This document shows, piece after piece, positions 13,854-27,008 of a DNA stretch of 64,000 nt. Both the position numbers and the translations under genes were made by a program. Source of the DNA: the human T2T-CHM13v2.0 reference genome, Homo sapiens; the NCBI RefSeq assembly GCF_009914755.1, contig NC_060926.1; one strand, 5' to 3'. Numbering within the stretch: the first letter of the stretch is position 1; every line of letters starts with the position of its first letter. The notes under the pieces were generated by a model. That model was not told where the DNA came from and searched no databases. It worked only from the letters and a program-made list of their open reading frames with translations.

Positions 13854-15155
13854 ATACTTCTACCAACATATCTGAGGATCCTTCAGGATCTTTTTGTCTT
13901 CTTTTACCTCCATGTGATTAATTTGACTGCTTTTTTCATCCACAATTAAAACTTAGTAGCTTCACCTGTGTCTTATGTAAAACAATAGTTATCTCATCCT
14001 TACAAATAGCTTTGCCTTACATTAAGCAAGCAAGAATTCCCATTAGTCTTCAACATTAGCACTTGGCTCAAACACCCTAACCAGTGATAAAGCTTCCCCA
14101 TGTCACTTAGCTGAGTCAGTCTAGGCATCTCTTTTCGGTGAGGATGATCTGAGCCCAGCCTACAGACTCTAATGCTAAAGAATGCCAAGCAAAAACAAGA
14201 AAGACAAAAAGCCTCAGAGCTTAGTAAATATCTTTTTGTTTTCTGGCTTAATTTTCTGTGGACAGACCTTCCTTGATTTTTCTTAGGCCCCACGTTTGGT
14301 CTCACGATCTTGTTTCAATGACTAGTCTACCAGACTATGCCTCTGTGTTGAATTGCTTTGAAAAGAGCATGGCTTGCTACTTTTAAATCAGTTTCTTAGA
14401 AGACAAATGTAACCTTCCAAGATATCTGATGCCCACAGCTAGTTGTTTATGCCAGTTGACCGTCTTCTTGTTATTTATAATTTGTAATTAGAAAATCATC
14501 ACTTAGAATTATTCTTGACAGATATTGACTTCAGAGAATTATAGAAACATAGCTGTCCTTGAGGATTATTACAGAAAAACCATGTAGATAATTATATTGA
14601 GATCTTTAAAACCTGGGTCAATATTTCCAATTATCTTCACAGTTAGCCTTCAGATGTTTACATTATTTTTAAAAGATAGACTTTGGCTCTGGCTTTTATA
14701 TATTCTACAAGTGTGAAACTGGCAGTCAGCTTTTTTTTTTTTTTTTTTAAACAAATTGTAAACCAATTTTACATAGAACTTGGAATGCTTTTTTCAATTA
14801 ACATTTGCATTGTCCTATAATCTTAGAGGTAAAAGGGACTCAGAAAAGTCATTTTCTTTCCTTCTATTCCTCTGGGTGGACCATGCCTAAGACATTCCAT
14901 TCAGATAAGAATCTATTTTGTTGGTGAAGTATCACAGGGCTGGCACTTCCACCACCTCTCTCAGTAACCCAGGCTGGTTTCTGACATTTTATGATCGGCG
15001 ACTTAATGCATTTCCAGGAAATGAATCATGTTAGTGGTTTGGAACAGCTTTTTTTTAGAACCCAACTACAAATACTAAACCAATCCTCTGTGTTCCTAAA
15101 ATAAGTGGTTTGACTTCTTTATTTTCTTTCATCCTTCTTCTTACCACCTTTCCAG

Positions 15156-15268
15156 GTTTACATATGAAATTGCACCAGTGTTTGTCCTCATGGAACAAAT
15201 AACACTTAAGAAGATGAGAGAGATAGTTGGATGGTCAAGTAAAGATGGTGATGGGATATTTTCTCCTG
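15156..15268 (+). CDS. GAD1: GAD67 exon 7 (113 nt; FTYEIAPVF...DGIFSP)
   Basis: Acceptor ttccag|, donor CTG|gtaggt; in frame. Confidence 0.98.
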
Positions 15269-15495
15269 GTAGGTTTCTCTTCTCTTCCTCTTCTCAAGGT
15301 TTGGGATTCTTAAGAATACAAAATATGAAGTAGGTTTATGGAAGAATAATGCCTTAACATTTTTTTTGGATACCCTGACTTCCTATTTTTTCAAGATGAA
15401 GGCTAACAAAAATGCTACATTCTATATGAATTAACTAACAAAGGCTATGCTTAAATCTGTAAAAACTGACAAAGGCTGTGTCTAGATAATGCTAA

Positions 15496-15721
<226 letters not shown>

Positions 15722-16616
15722 TTAAACAACTCCATTCTGTCAACAGCAGTTTGATTATGCTGGGGATCAGTGAATCAAGATTATTAATTAATTGATTGAT
15801 TTCAGCCAAAATAGTATATCTACTTTGAATCTCTAGTTTGAAGTAGATAAAATAAGAATTTTTAAAACAAGAATAGGTATTCTGATGGTGTCAGAGACAG
15901 TGTGATTGTGTACAAGGGGAAAAGAAGAAATAAGAATTGCAGTTATCTAGGTAATTCAAGCAGACCACAAATTTGCCTAAGTTTAATTGTCAGATAATTA
16001 ATGTAAAATTAACTAGTTTGTGTTGGCCAAACATACATAGTTATGTCAGTTCTCCTTGTGTCTTTATTTAGGTAAACATGAGTTTGTTCTTATTTTAATA
16101 AACTTAGAGCTCTCCTAAATGACTCAGTAACTCAGTTGGGCTGAAGAGAGCACCTAGGCAGGTAACCAAGAAATGTCATTGTTTCTTTCTGTAAGCTCCG
16201 TTACTCTTTCTTTCTCTGTCTTTCTGAACTCAGGGAACAGATTCATCTTTGTTCAGTAAATAGATTGAGCAGAAAGTAAAGCAGGAAGGATATAACTCAC
16301 CTATCCCTTTGCAGCCACTGATGCAGCTACCTCTTATATTTCTGTCTAGACTTCAGGTGGAAAGCGCACTGAAGTACACGAATCACCTCCAGCCAAATTG
16401 CCTAGATAGCTTTGGTAATAAGTGTGACTACTTGTATTCCCAGGGTAAAGGGTCCAGTGGGAAGCCCCAGCAATAGGGAAGCCAGCAAAACCTATCAGGA
16501 TATTATCCTTTCGCTTCCTGACCTCCCTTGTCTCTTGAGACACCAGCTCAGCGTTCGTTTTTAGAAACAATAATCAAAGAGCCCCAACACCTCCCAATAT
16601 GTCCGCTTGCTGACAG

Positions 16617-16732
16617 GGGGCGCCATATCCAACATGTACAGCATCATGGCTGCTCGCTACAAGTACTTCCCGGAAGTTAAGACAAAGGGCATGGCGGCTG
16701 TGCCTAAACTGGTCCTCTTCACCTCAGAACAG
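16617..16732 (+). CDS. GAD1: GAD67 exon 8 (116 nt; GGAISNMY...LFTSEQ)
   Basis: Acceptor tgacag|, donor CAG|gtgagt. Confidence 0.98.
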
Positions 16733-16817
16733 GTGAGTCGGGGATGCTTTCTCATGGATAGTGGTGTTTTTTTAGGGGACTTTCCAACTTCTAACCTCGA
16801 GCCTCTGTTTGTTGCAG

Positions 16818-16897
16818 AGTCACTATTCCATAAAGAAAGCTGGGGCTGCACTTGGCTTTGGAACTGACAATGTGATTTTGATAAAGTGCAATGAAAG
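16818..16897 (+). CDS. GAD1: GAD67 exon 9 (80 nt; SHYSIKKAG...IKCNER)
   Basis: Acceptor ttgcag|, donor AAG|gtaggc; SHYS motif. Confidence 0.98.
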
Positions 16898-17120
16898 GTA
16901 GGCAGGGGAGGGTGAATATTAGGTTCTTGATGTATTAAATGTGTTCATCTGTTAAATTTGTTTTATTGTGCTTAAGGACTGGCTCAGTACATTGTGCCAA
17001 GCTGCTAATGGTCTGTTGAAAATATCCGATTAAATTGCTTTTTGCTGCTGCTAAAGTTTTTTTCATGTGCAATCTCATTGACTCTTCATTTTAATTTCCC
17101 TCCTTTTCCAATAATTATAG

Positions 17121-17175
17121 GGGGAAAATAATTCCAGCTGATTTTGAGGCAAAAATTCTTGAAGCCAAACAGAAG
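17121..17175 (+). CDS. GAD1: GAD67 exon 10 (55 nt; GKIIPADFEAKILEAKQK)
   Basis: Acceptor ttatag|, donor AAG|gtatgt. Confidence 0.97.
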
Positions 17176-17822
17176 GTATGTACTCCGTGGTGCATCTGAA
17201 CTCCAGTTTTAAAATACCTTCTTTCTGTCCTAGACAAAAACAGTCCTTGATAATATGAGACAATTTTCTTGTGCTTCTAAAATTCTATTCTTCAAATTTG
17301 CTTATTTCCAACTAGTAAAATAATTTGGTTTTAAAGCTGTGTCTACACAATATCAGGGTTTTTTTAAAAAATGAAAAATTTGGTCATTAAACTATTTGTC
17401 CTATCTTCATTGTGCCAAGTGATTGGTTTGATGTTCTTCAATAAATCAAATCCCTGAGCATCATGAAGATATAGCCTAATTGAACTTTTTATTTACTACT
17501 TGTTGGGTATTATCTCATTTTAACAGATGCCATTTTAGCTTAGGATTCTGTTTAGCAAAGTGCTTCCATGCCCTGGCAGATGGCCCATGGTACTTGGCAC
17601 ATCCAGCCTCAACAAACTCTATTAAACAAAAAAACTCACAGAACAGATGTATCCACAAGTCAGTGCCAGGTAGCTGTCAGGCCACTTACCAACACATGGT
17701 TGTTTCAGTTACATTCTTATACCTCCTTCTCTAATTGTAGTTATTTGCTGGGGTCTTGGCACAGGAAGTGGATCTAAGTGTTGTAAAGACTGAGCAAGGA
17801 GCAGAGGTGGAGCTGAGCTTCA

Positions 17823-18128
<306 letters not shown>

Positions 18129-18369
18129 AGCTTAAGATTCACAGATTTCCCCAAACTTGTCTTAGATCTATTACTCTACTCCTTCGTTTATTTTTTGTTT
18201 ATGTCAACATTTAACCACGTCCACTGTTAGTGAGTGTATCAGCTTTCACAGTGTATAGACCTTTTTTAAATAATTGAACCCCACAATGTTTCAGTATAAT
18301 TATTATATCAATACACTTAAAACAACACAGCCTCTTAAAAGAATGATGCACAGGTGATATTCAGAACTA

Positions 18370-18632
18370 TCTGACCATCATTCCAAACACTTATTATTAC
18401 TCTTTCCTGCTTTATTTTTTGCCATAGAAATTATTGCTATTAAACATACTGTATATTTTGCTTATTTAATTTAGCTTATTATCTGTCACCTGCCACTAAA
18501 ATGTAAACTCCGCAATGACAGAATTCTTTATCTGTTGTGCTCACTGCTGAGTCCCTAGCATCTATGGCAGGGCCTGGCACATAAAAGGCAATCAAAAAAT
18601 GTTTGTTGAATAAATGAATGAATGAGTGAATG
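18370..18632. mobile_element. L2 3' fragment
   Basis: ...cctggcacata...tgtttgttgaataaatgaatgaatgagtgaatga terminus. Confidence 0.72.
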
Positions 18633-18787
18633 AGCCAACAAAACACTACTAGACATAGTATCTGGTAATACATAAGTTTTGCCATTTACTGTTAGAAATA
18701 AATGTTACACAATTCTTCTTCCTGTGAAAATCAGCAAATGAGAAAGGTTAAAAATACTCATCAGCCTATATCTGTCTTACCTTGTAG

Positions 18788-18904
18788 GGATATGTTCCCT
18801 TTTATGTCAATGCAACTGCTGGCACGACTGTTTATGGAGCTTTTGATCCGATACAAGAGATTGCAGATATATGTGAGAAATATAACCTTTGGTTGCATGT
18901 CGAT
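18788..18904 (+). CDS. GAD1: GAD67 exon 11 (117 nt; [20 protein letters not shown]...WLHVD)
   Basis: Acceptor ttgtag|, donor GAT|gtaagt; GTT..GAFD and HVD motifs. Confidence 0.98.
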
Positions 18905-19299
18905 GTAAGTGCTATATAACTCAGGCCAGTCCATGTGGGGGGTGGAGGCACCTCTTTTTTATGACTTGCCTCAAGCTTCTCCCCACGCCCCAGCCAGCCC
19001 TCTCTCCACACCACATTAGTTCCAGTTCTTGTCTGGACCCTAGCCAGCCATTCACAACTGGTACACACCACAGACCTGGAACATCCTCTGGGACTCATCC
19101 ACTTCCTTACTAGTCGATTGCTGTCTTCTGTGGTTCATCCTAGAATATGGTCTCATTGCCTTCCCAGGTAGCTTTGTTGGGACAAGTGGCTACAGAATAA
19201 AATATAACTGATTTCAGAGGGAAAAAATAGAAGACACAACATACAGAAAGTGGCCATGAATGTGAACCCTCAGCTACCTGCCTTCAGTCCAGCCGTCTA

Positions 19300-19683
<384 letters not shown>

Positions 19684-20397
19684 TTATCAACTAAGAGACT
19701 TAATCCCAAATCTTCCCAGGAACACAAAAGATGCATTTTCACATGTGTGACTGGGTGTATTTTTTTTTTTCTTTCTCTCTGCCCATTTTCTTAGGGATTT
19801 AACTTCTCACAATTGGCCAATAGGATCATCTGCCTTGCTACTGAACTAATGACTAACAAAGGCTGTGTCACGTGGCATCCCAACTATTCAGTAAACATGC
19901 ATCATGGTACCCACAAAAATGTCTTGTTGTTACATAAGTTGTTGTGAGACCTCCAAACCCAGCAGGAACTGCTGCTTTTTGAGTTTTTCAGGAGCTGTTA
20001 GAATTCTACTCTGGGAAGAACCAGACAGCAGGCCTCAGTTTTTTGAGCAGCTTCCAGAGCCACCCGGAGGGGGACTCACTGTGTTGGCTTTCCACAACAC
20101 ATTGGGCTAATGGGCCATTGGACCTTTGGGTCTTGGCAGAACAGGCACCTCAGGCTCAGACCTGGCCTAGCTGTATCACTTGTGCAGCTAAAGTCCAGAG
20201 GAACTTTGAAAAAGAAATGACAAGCAATGAAGAATCACAACTGATTGAACAATCAGTGTGGGCTGAACTTTTCTGAGAAACTTATGTTTTTCACCTTGTA
20301 CTTTCTTGCTCATGTTTTAGTAGAAGTGAGGACTGACTAGTTTTAGATTCTTAAATGTCACTGCTCCCCTCTTCCTCTCCTTTCTCTGTCCCCACAG

Positions 20398-20462
20398 GCT
20401 GCCTGGGGAGGTGGGCTGCTCATGTCCAGGAAGCACCGCCATAAACTCAACGGCATAGAAAG
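20398..20462 (+). CDS. GAD1: GAD67 exon 12 (65 nt; [22 protein letters not shown])
   Basis: Long pyrimidine tract then ccacag|, donor AAG|gtaacg. Confidence 0.98.
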
Positions 20463-20678
20463 GTAACGGCCAGAACTCGCCAGGCCTCCTTCCACCCAGC
20501 ACATCAAACAGACCATGCTCTGATGTCAGCCTGCACCACCCTGCCCTGATCCCCAGCATCATATTTCGGTCTAAGTTTGCTTCAGTTCAGCAGGCATTTG
20601 TTGAGCATTTATTGGATGACTGATTTCCCAGTCAAATGAGTCCTGAAGGAGTTCACAATTTAGAAAGAAAGAAAGACA

Positions 20679-20824
20679 GGCCAGGTGTGGTGGCTCACGC
20701 CTCTAATCCCAAAAATTTAGGAGGCCGAGGTGAGAGGATCATTTGAGCCCAAGAGTTCGAGACCAGCCTGGGCAACACAGTGAGACCCTGTCTCTAATAG
20801 CTATCAATCAATCAATCAATCAAT
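20679..20824 (+). mobile_element. Alu left monomer (FLAM-like) with (ATCA)n tail
   Basis: Single-arm consensus. Confidence 0.82.
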
Positions 20825-21134
20825 GAGAAAGACAATAAACAAGTAGTTAGAACACAATGTGATAAGTGTAACAGGAGACAATTGCAGGTACCCAGGTAGG
20901 AGATAAGAGAGACTAACCAGTGAGGGGAATTGGAGGCCATCAGAGTTTGCCAAGGGCACAGGAAGGGCCACTGGTTCACTTTCCTCTTCTTCCTCATTAA
21001 GCTTACTTCCAGAAAGGGCAGGACACTCAGCTCCTAACTTATTTTCTTTTTCACTGTTCAAATTCAGTGGATGTTCTAGGCCAAATATGATTTTGACCTG
21101 ACTCCTAAGTGTTGACCCATAACAAAGTCACAAT

Positions 21135-21735
21135 GATTCATTGATTCGTTCAGCATGTATTTACTGAGCACCTATCATGAGCCAGGTAGGAGTTGATGTG
21201 AATATTCAGTTATGTGTCTTCCATCCAGCCACCTATGGTGCTTTTCTAATAAAAATGCATATCTGATAAATGCAGAAAAAATAAGGCAGTATATGAAAGG
21301 TGTTATCAACTAAGAGATTTGTCCTCCTGAAGTTTACATTCCAGTGGGCTAGATGTTCATAACAAATATTTAATCTGTCTCATAGTAAAGAAAAATAAAA
21401 CAGGGTTAGGTAGCAGTGAGTGACAAGGCATGCTGTTTCAGACAGGGTAGTCAGAGGCCTTCCTGAGGAGGTAACATATCAGCAGATACTGCGATAAAGG
21501 GAGACAGGAAGCAAGGATATGAGGAACAGTATTCTAGGCAGTGCGAGTGGCAAGTGCAAAGGCCCTGAGGCAGGACTGTTCTTGGCAAGTGGGAGGAGGA
21601 TCAAAGAGGCCATTGGGGCTGGAGCAAGGTGAGAGAGGTAGAAGCAGACTAAGGAGGGAGAGGCAAACATGGAGCAGGCAGGGAGAGCCCGCCCAGGGCT
21701 TCTCCCACAGCCAGGACTCTGGCTTTTGTTACCTC
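21135..21735. mobile_element. L2 fragment interrupted by a non-L2 insert at ~21196-21320
   Basis: attcattgattcgttcagcatgtatttactgagcacct...; gcaagtgcaaaggccctgaggcagga. Confidence 0.72.
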
Positions 21736-21847
21736 TACTGTGCCTCCCCAAACTTTTGTCTCAGTTTTGAAAGACCAGTGTCAACGTGGGTGAGACCGGC
21801 TCTGTGAAGTGGACAACCCCGTAACTCGGAGGATAATGTAAAAAATC

Positions 21848-22147
21848 TGGGCAGGGTGTAGTGGCCTGTAATCCCAGCACTTTGGTAGGCCAAGGAGAGC
21901 AGATTACTTGAGCTCAGGAGTTCGGGACCAGCCTGGCCAACATGGTGAAACCCCCGTCTCTACTAAAAATACAAATATTAGCTGGCATGGTGGTGCACAC
22001 CTGTAATTCTAGCTACGCAGGAGGCTGAGGCTGGAGAATCACTAGAACCTGGGAGGCAGAGGTTTCAGTGAACCGAGATCACGCCGCTGCACTCCCGCCT
22101 GAGTGACAGAGCAAGACTCTGTCTTAAAAAAAAAAGAAAAAAAAAAG
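21848..22147 (+). mobile_element. AluS
   Basis: Consensus match with A tail. Confidence 0.9.
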
Positions 22148-23164
22148 AACTGTGGATGAGCCAGCCCAATTTAACTTTAGATTTCTCAGACAATTTTAAT
22201 TTTCTGTCTTTGAGTCTAGGAAAACTTAAAACATTTCACACTAGACTTTTTCTTTTCTAACATTTTAAATCACATAAGTCTTCTAAAGGAAATTGAATTC
22301 ATATTATGTCTTATTACTTTCCTTTTGTAGCAGCAAAGAATCATTTACTTCAGACCTTTAGGATATGCAGAAAACCATTTAAGACATTTTATGAGACCTA
22401 AATATAATTTTTTAATGACTTGGTAAATGATAGCAATGAGAAATTTGATTAAATTCACTACCATTTAAATATGACCTGACACTGATGCTTTTTAGTGAGC
22501 TAAGCACTTAGTTAACTTTCCTTGGAATTTTTCACAGGTCTCTTTCACAAAGGTTTTATTATACACTGAAGGGAAAAGTTCTTCAGACCTTCCTCTCTTC
22601 TCCTTGAAACAGAGTGCACTAAATTATTTTGTTAGGTCCTTTAACTAAAGGACCTAAGCACGATGAAGAGGTTGAAAGTTCACAACAAGGGTTTAGCTCT
22701 AAGGAGAGCAGAGGCAGGATGATTCTGAGCCAATTGCTCTATCTAGGGGAAAAGATCCTTCACAGGTATTAAAATGCAGCACCTAGCTATAGGCCAGGCC
22801 TTTGGGAAGGAGTCTGCAAACCAATGAGGCAAGTTACCCATGTTTTCATCATCATACATTAGACTTAGTTGTTTCTGTAATGCCCTAGCTAGTGTGCTCC
22901 TTAACCATCTAATTGTGTCTGACAGAATGATGCAGTTGCTAGGAGACCATGCTTGTTAAGCTATCATTGCAGCCCAAACTGGCAAAATCACTCTAATTTA
23001 GCATTTAAATAATTCTGCTAGGTAGTCAGAGTCTAGAGTAGTCCAGTCGAGCCTTGCTTTTAGGTGCCACTCTTGATACTGCCCCATAAGTGGGTAGGGC
23101 AGCATCACCAGCCTATAAATGAGAAGAGAAAGGCAGAAAGAAGCCACTGTGTCTCCTAGAGAGA

Positions 23165-23625
23165 AGCAGTCTAGTGGAGTGGTTACAAAAAAGGGCTGTG
23201 CACTTAGAGGCCCTGGACTTGAATCCAGGCTCCAACACTTCCCAACTCTGTGACTTTGGGTAATATATTTAACCTTTTGGCATGTTAGTTTCCCCATCTA
23301 AAACAGAGGTAATAATAGTACCTACCTTATAGGGTTGTGGTAAGGATTATGTGTGCCAGGCACTCTTATAAGCATTTTATATTAAGTTATTTTGTCCTTT
23401 ATTCAATTCTGTGAGGCACACACTCCCCATTTAAAAGAAACTGAGGCACATAAGAGTTATATAATGTGCCCAAGCTAACAAATATTAGAGCTAGGACTCA
23501 GACTTAAACAGTTTGGCTCCAAAGCCTGAATTCTTAACCATACCATATTGATATAATACCTGAAAGCTCTCAAGACAATAAGACATATAATAAGTTATTC
23601 ATAAATGTTAGCTATTGTTAATAGC
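23165..23625. mobile_element. Cluster of MIR fragments in both orientations
   Basis: tgtgactttgggtaa...agtttccccatctaaaa and aaactgaggcac cores. Confidence 0.72.
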
Positions 23626-23825
23626 AGTTACTTCTAAGATATAGTCCGTAATGTAATACTCCGAGACTGCCTGCAAAACATTTGTTTGCTACTTGATTAG
23701 TCAATTCAGGAGAATAGGCATGGATAATATTTACTAACTTGAGTTGGAATGGGTGTTTTCCTCAAGAGAACAGTTGCGTCTTTCCAACTCCTGCACCTTC
23801 TCGAAGTCTCATGTGCTTCTTTCAG

Positions 23826-23904
23826 GGCCAACTCAGTCACCTGGAACCCTCACAAGATGATGGGCGTGCTGTTGCAGTGCTCTGCCATTCTCGTCAAGGA
23901 AAAG
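23826..23904 (+). CDS. GAD1: GAD67 exon 13 (79 nt; [12 protein letters not shown]...VKEK), PLP-binding Lys405 codon at 23854-23856
   Basis: Acceptor tttcag|, donor AAG|gtctgt; NPHK motif. Confidence 0.98.
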
Positions 23905-24984
23905 GTCTGTACTCCCTCCAAAGCTACACTGGGGCCCGTACGTTCTTTAGAAAGCACAAAAAGACACACGTGGGGTCTCTTTGCAGTACTTGTTGGCTGA
24001 CTCACGAGATTGGCAGCCCCACTGAGAGACTACTGCTGCTGTCCTTTCCTGCCCTTGCAGCTAACCTGGTTTCTTCTCTTGGCTCTTGCTGGCTACTGTG
24101 CTTCTTCTTTGATCAGTACTCAGGGTCTGTCAGCAACTGAACCTTTAAGGAAATTATTTAATTGAGTATTCCTTCATGTTTGCACAAAAAAAGTGGGAGC
24201 AAGTAGGTGAGGCATCCAATCAGTTTTGTCCTCAGTGAGGACAAAAGCACTCACTGGAGCATACTCGGAGTTCTTAGTATAAACGTGTGGTCCCAAGAAC
24301 TGAAATAAATGAGACAGAACAACAACTACAAATATCAACTTAGGGCCACAAGGAATATTGCCCCAAAAGCTGCTGTAAATGGTTGAGCCTCATATTCCCT
24401 TCTTCACATGCCTAATGTTAGGATCCTGCCCTCCAAGGCTTTGTTGCTCCAGTAAAACTTCTGCACACAGAAGCATTCCAAAAAGTCTGTCTCCAGCCTG
24501 TAGGAGCCAGAATCTGCACAGCGTCTTTAGTCCACTCATATGTGGAATCCATGTTAATGTCATAGGAGGTCCTGGAAAGGTTGGAAGACTTTTGCCAGAG
24601 CGCTTTTGGAGAGAAAAATTCTTCACAGCATGAAACTATCCCACCCACTGAGGAATTTTCTATCTCTAACCCTGGCCCACTGAATGCCGTAGCACTTCCC
24701 AATCTTGAAACAATCCCAGACACCCATACACATTTCCCCTTAGAGGGATGGCATCTGAGACGGAAAGATCATCTTCTAATCAGAGAGTCAGAGACAAAAG
24801 GGATGGCAGTTTTTCCAAGAGTGATTTTAGAAAAGGGCATCAGAACAAGTGTAAGGCCTCATAAAGACATCAGAAGAAAGATTGCATATGACCCCAAGCC
24901 CCTCCTTCCAAGCAGCCTAGTTTTAAAGCCACCCACATCTCTGATGTGTAAATGCAGATGCACCCATCTTAATTTCCATGATAG

Positions 24985-25134
24985 GGTATACTCCAAGGAT
25001 GCAACCAGATGTGTGCAGGATACCTCTTCCAGCCAGACAAGCAGTATGATGTCTCCTACGACACCGGGGACAAGGCAATTCAGTGTGGCCGCCACGTGGA
25101 TATCTTCAAGTTCTGGCTGATGTGGAAAGCAAAG
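24985..25134 (+). CDS. GAD1: GAD67 exon 14 (150 nt; [19 protein letters not shown]...WLMWKAK)
   Basis: Acceptor tgatag|, donor AAG|gtatga; catalytic-loop YLFQ and QCGR motifs. Confidence 0.98.
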
Positions 25135-25509
25135 GTATGAAGGGAATAGTTCAGGAAATAGAGCAGAAATGTAATTTGCACAGACTGGCTGGCAAAAGAG
25201 GGGCAAAGATATATCACAGATAATTCACTATATGGGGAATCAATATCTAGATAATTGAATTAACTGTGTTTTCTTTGTGAATGAAATTACTTTATTCCTT
25301 ATGTCAAATTCTCTCTCCTTTTGTTCAGTCTCCTCAATTTGAACTATTATGAAGTCTTCTTATAACGTTCTCTTATAACAACTAAAAATTATGCCAAGAT
25401 AAGGATTTCTGCAGCAATCCTTGGGGATGCTGGAATTATTTAGTGCAGGCATAGAGAAAGATAAAAAAAAATAAAATTACTGCATTATTCTGAGTAGAAC
25501 CTTGAATTC

Positions 25510-25816
<307 letters not shown>

Positions 25817-26321
25817 CCTTGAATTCTTTTATGAGGCTTCTCAACATGGGCTATGTATGACAGTTTTAACTTCAACTTCAATAATGCCTTTCCCATTGTT
25901 TGTAGTTAATACACCATTCTGGAAAATGTATACTTTATTGTGAAAAATCCTACTTTTAGATGGTAGCATGCTGTGTCTGCATTCATCAACCTTTTGGGTT
26001 TCATTTCTGTACCTAAGGAAAAAAGCTAACTATTGGAATTTCCCCCAAAATATGAGTGAGGGAGAGGATTACCATTTGATTATTTGTTTCAAAAATATTT
26101 GTATGCAATCAAGGAAAAGAAATTTTGATTTCATAGTTTTATATTACATACCTTGTTTTTGTTATAAATTAATTTTAATAATTTCTATGTTTAAGATTGA
26201 GTCTAACTGTCTAACTAACACTCAAACAACAAGATTTTCTGGCAAAATTTCTAGTCAAATATTTCTTCTGTAGGAAAAATTTGGTAGATTATTAGTTTTT
26301 TCCTCAGTAAGTCATTTTGTC

Positions 26322-26617
26322 TTTTTTTTTTTTTTTTTTGAGACAGTTTCATTCCTGTTGCCCAGGCTGGAGTTCAGAGGCGCGATCTCTGCTCCCTGCA
26401 ACCTCCGTCTCCCAGATTCAAGCAGTTCTCCTGCCTCAGCCTTCCAAGTAGCTGAGATTACAGGCATGCGCCACCATGCCCATCTAATTTTATATTTTTA
26501 CTAGAGGCGGGGCTTCACCATGTTGGCCAGGCTAGACTTGAACTCCTGACCCCAAGTGATCCACCCACCTTGGCCTCCCAAAGTGCTGGGATTACAGGCG
26601 TGAGCCACCGCACCCAG
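26322..26617 (-). mobile_element. AluS
   Basis: Reverse consensus with poly(T). Confidence 0.9.
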
Positions 26618-26704
26618 CTCTATTTTGACTTAATATAGAAATAGTCTGAATTTGATTTCTATTACAAAGTAATCATAGGAATTTTAAACATATAAATAGC
26701 CATA

Positions 26705-27008
26705 GGCTGGGCACGGTGGCTCACGCATGTAATCCCAGCACTTTAGGAGGCCAAGGCAGGCGGATCATTTGAGCTCAGGAGTTCGAGACCCATCTGGGCA
26801 ACAAAGTAAGACCCCATCTCTACAAAAAATACAAGTTAGTCAGGTGTGATGACGCATGCCTGTGGTCCCAGCTACTTAGGAGGCTGAGGTGGGAGGATCA
26901 CTTGAGCCCAGGAGGCGGAGGTTGCAGTAAGCCGAGATCATGCCACTGCACTCCAGCCTGGGCAACAGAGTGAGACTCCATCTCAAAAAAAAAAAAAAAA
27001 AAAAAAAA
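26705..27008 (+). mobile_element. Alu (J/S-like)
   Basis: Consensus match; TSD-like agccata on both sides. Confidence 0.9.

Noticed and set aside
14112-14118. AP-1 heptamers (TGAGTCA/TGACTCA) here and at several other intronic positions
   Set aside because: 7-mers are expected by chance at this frequency; no clustering evidence
24581-25120. 179-aa ORF overlapping exon 14 in another frame
   Set aside because: Non-ATG start, mostly intronic, no recognisable domain; chance open frame
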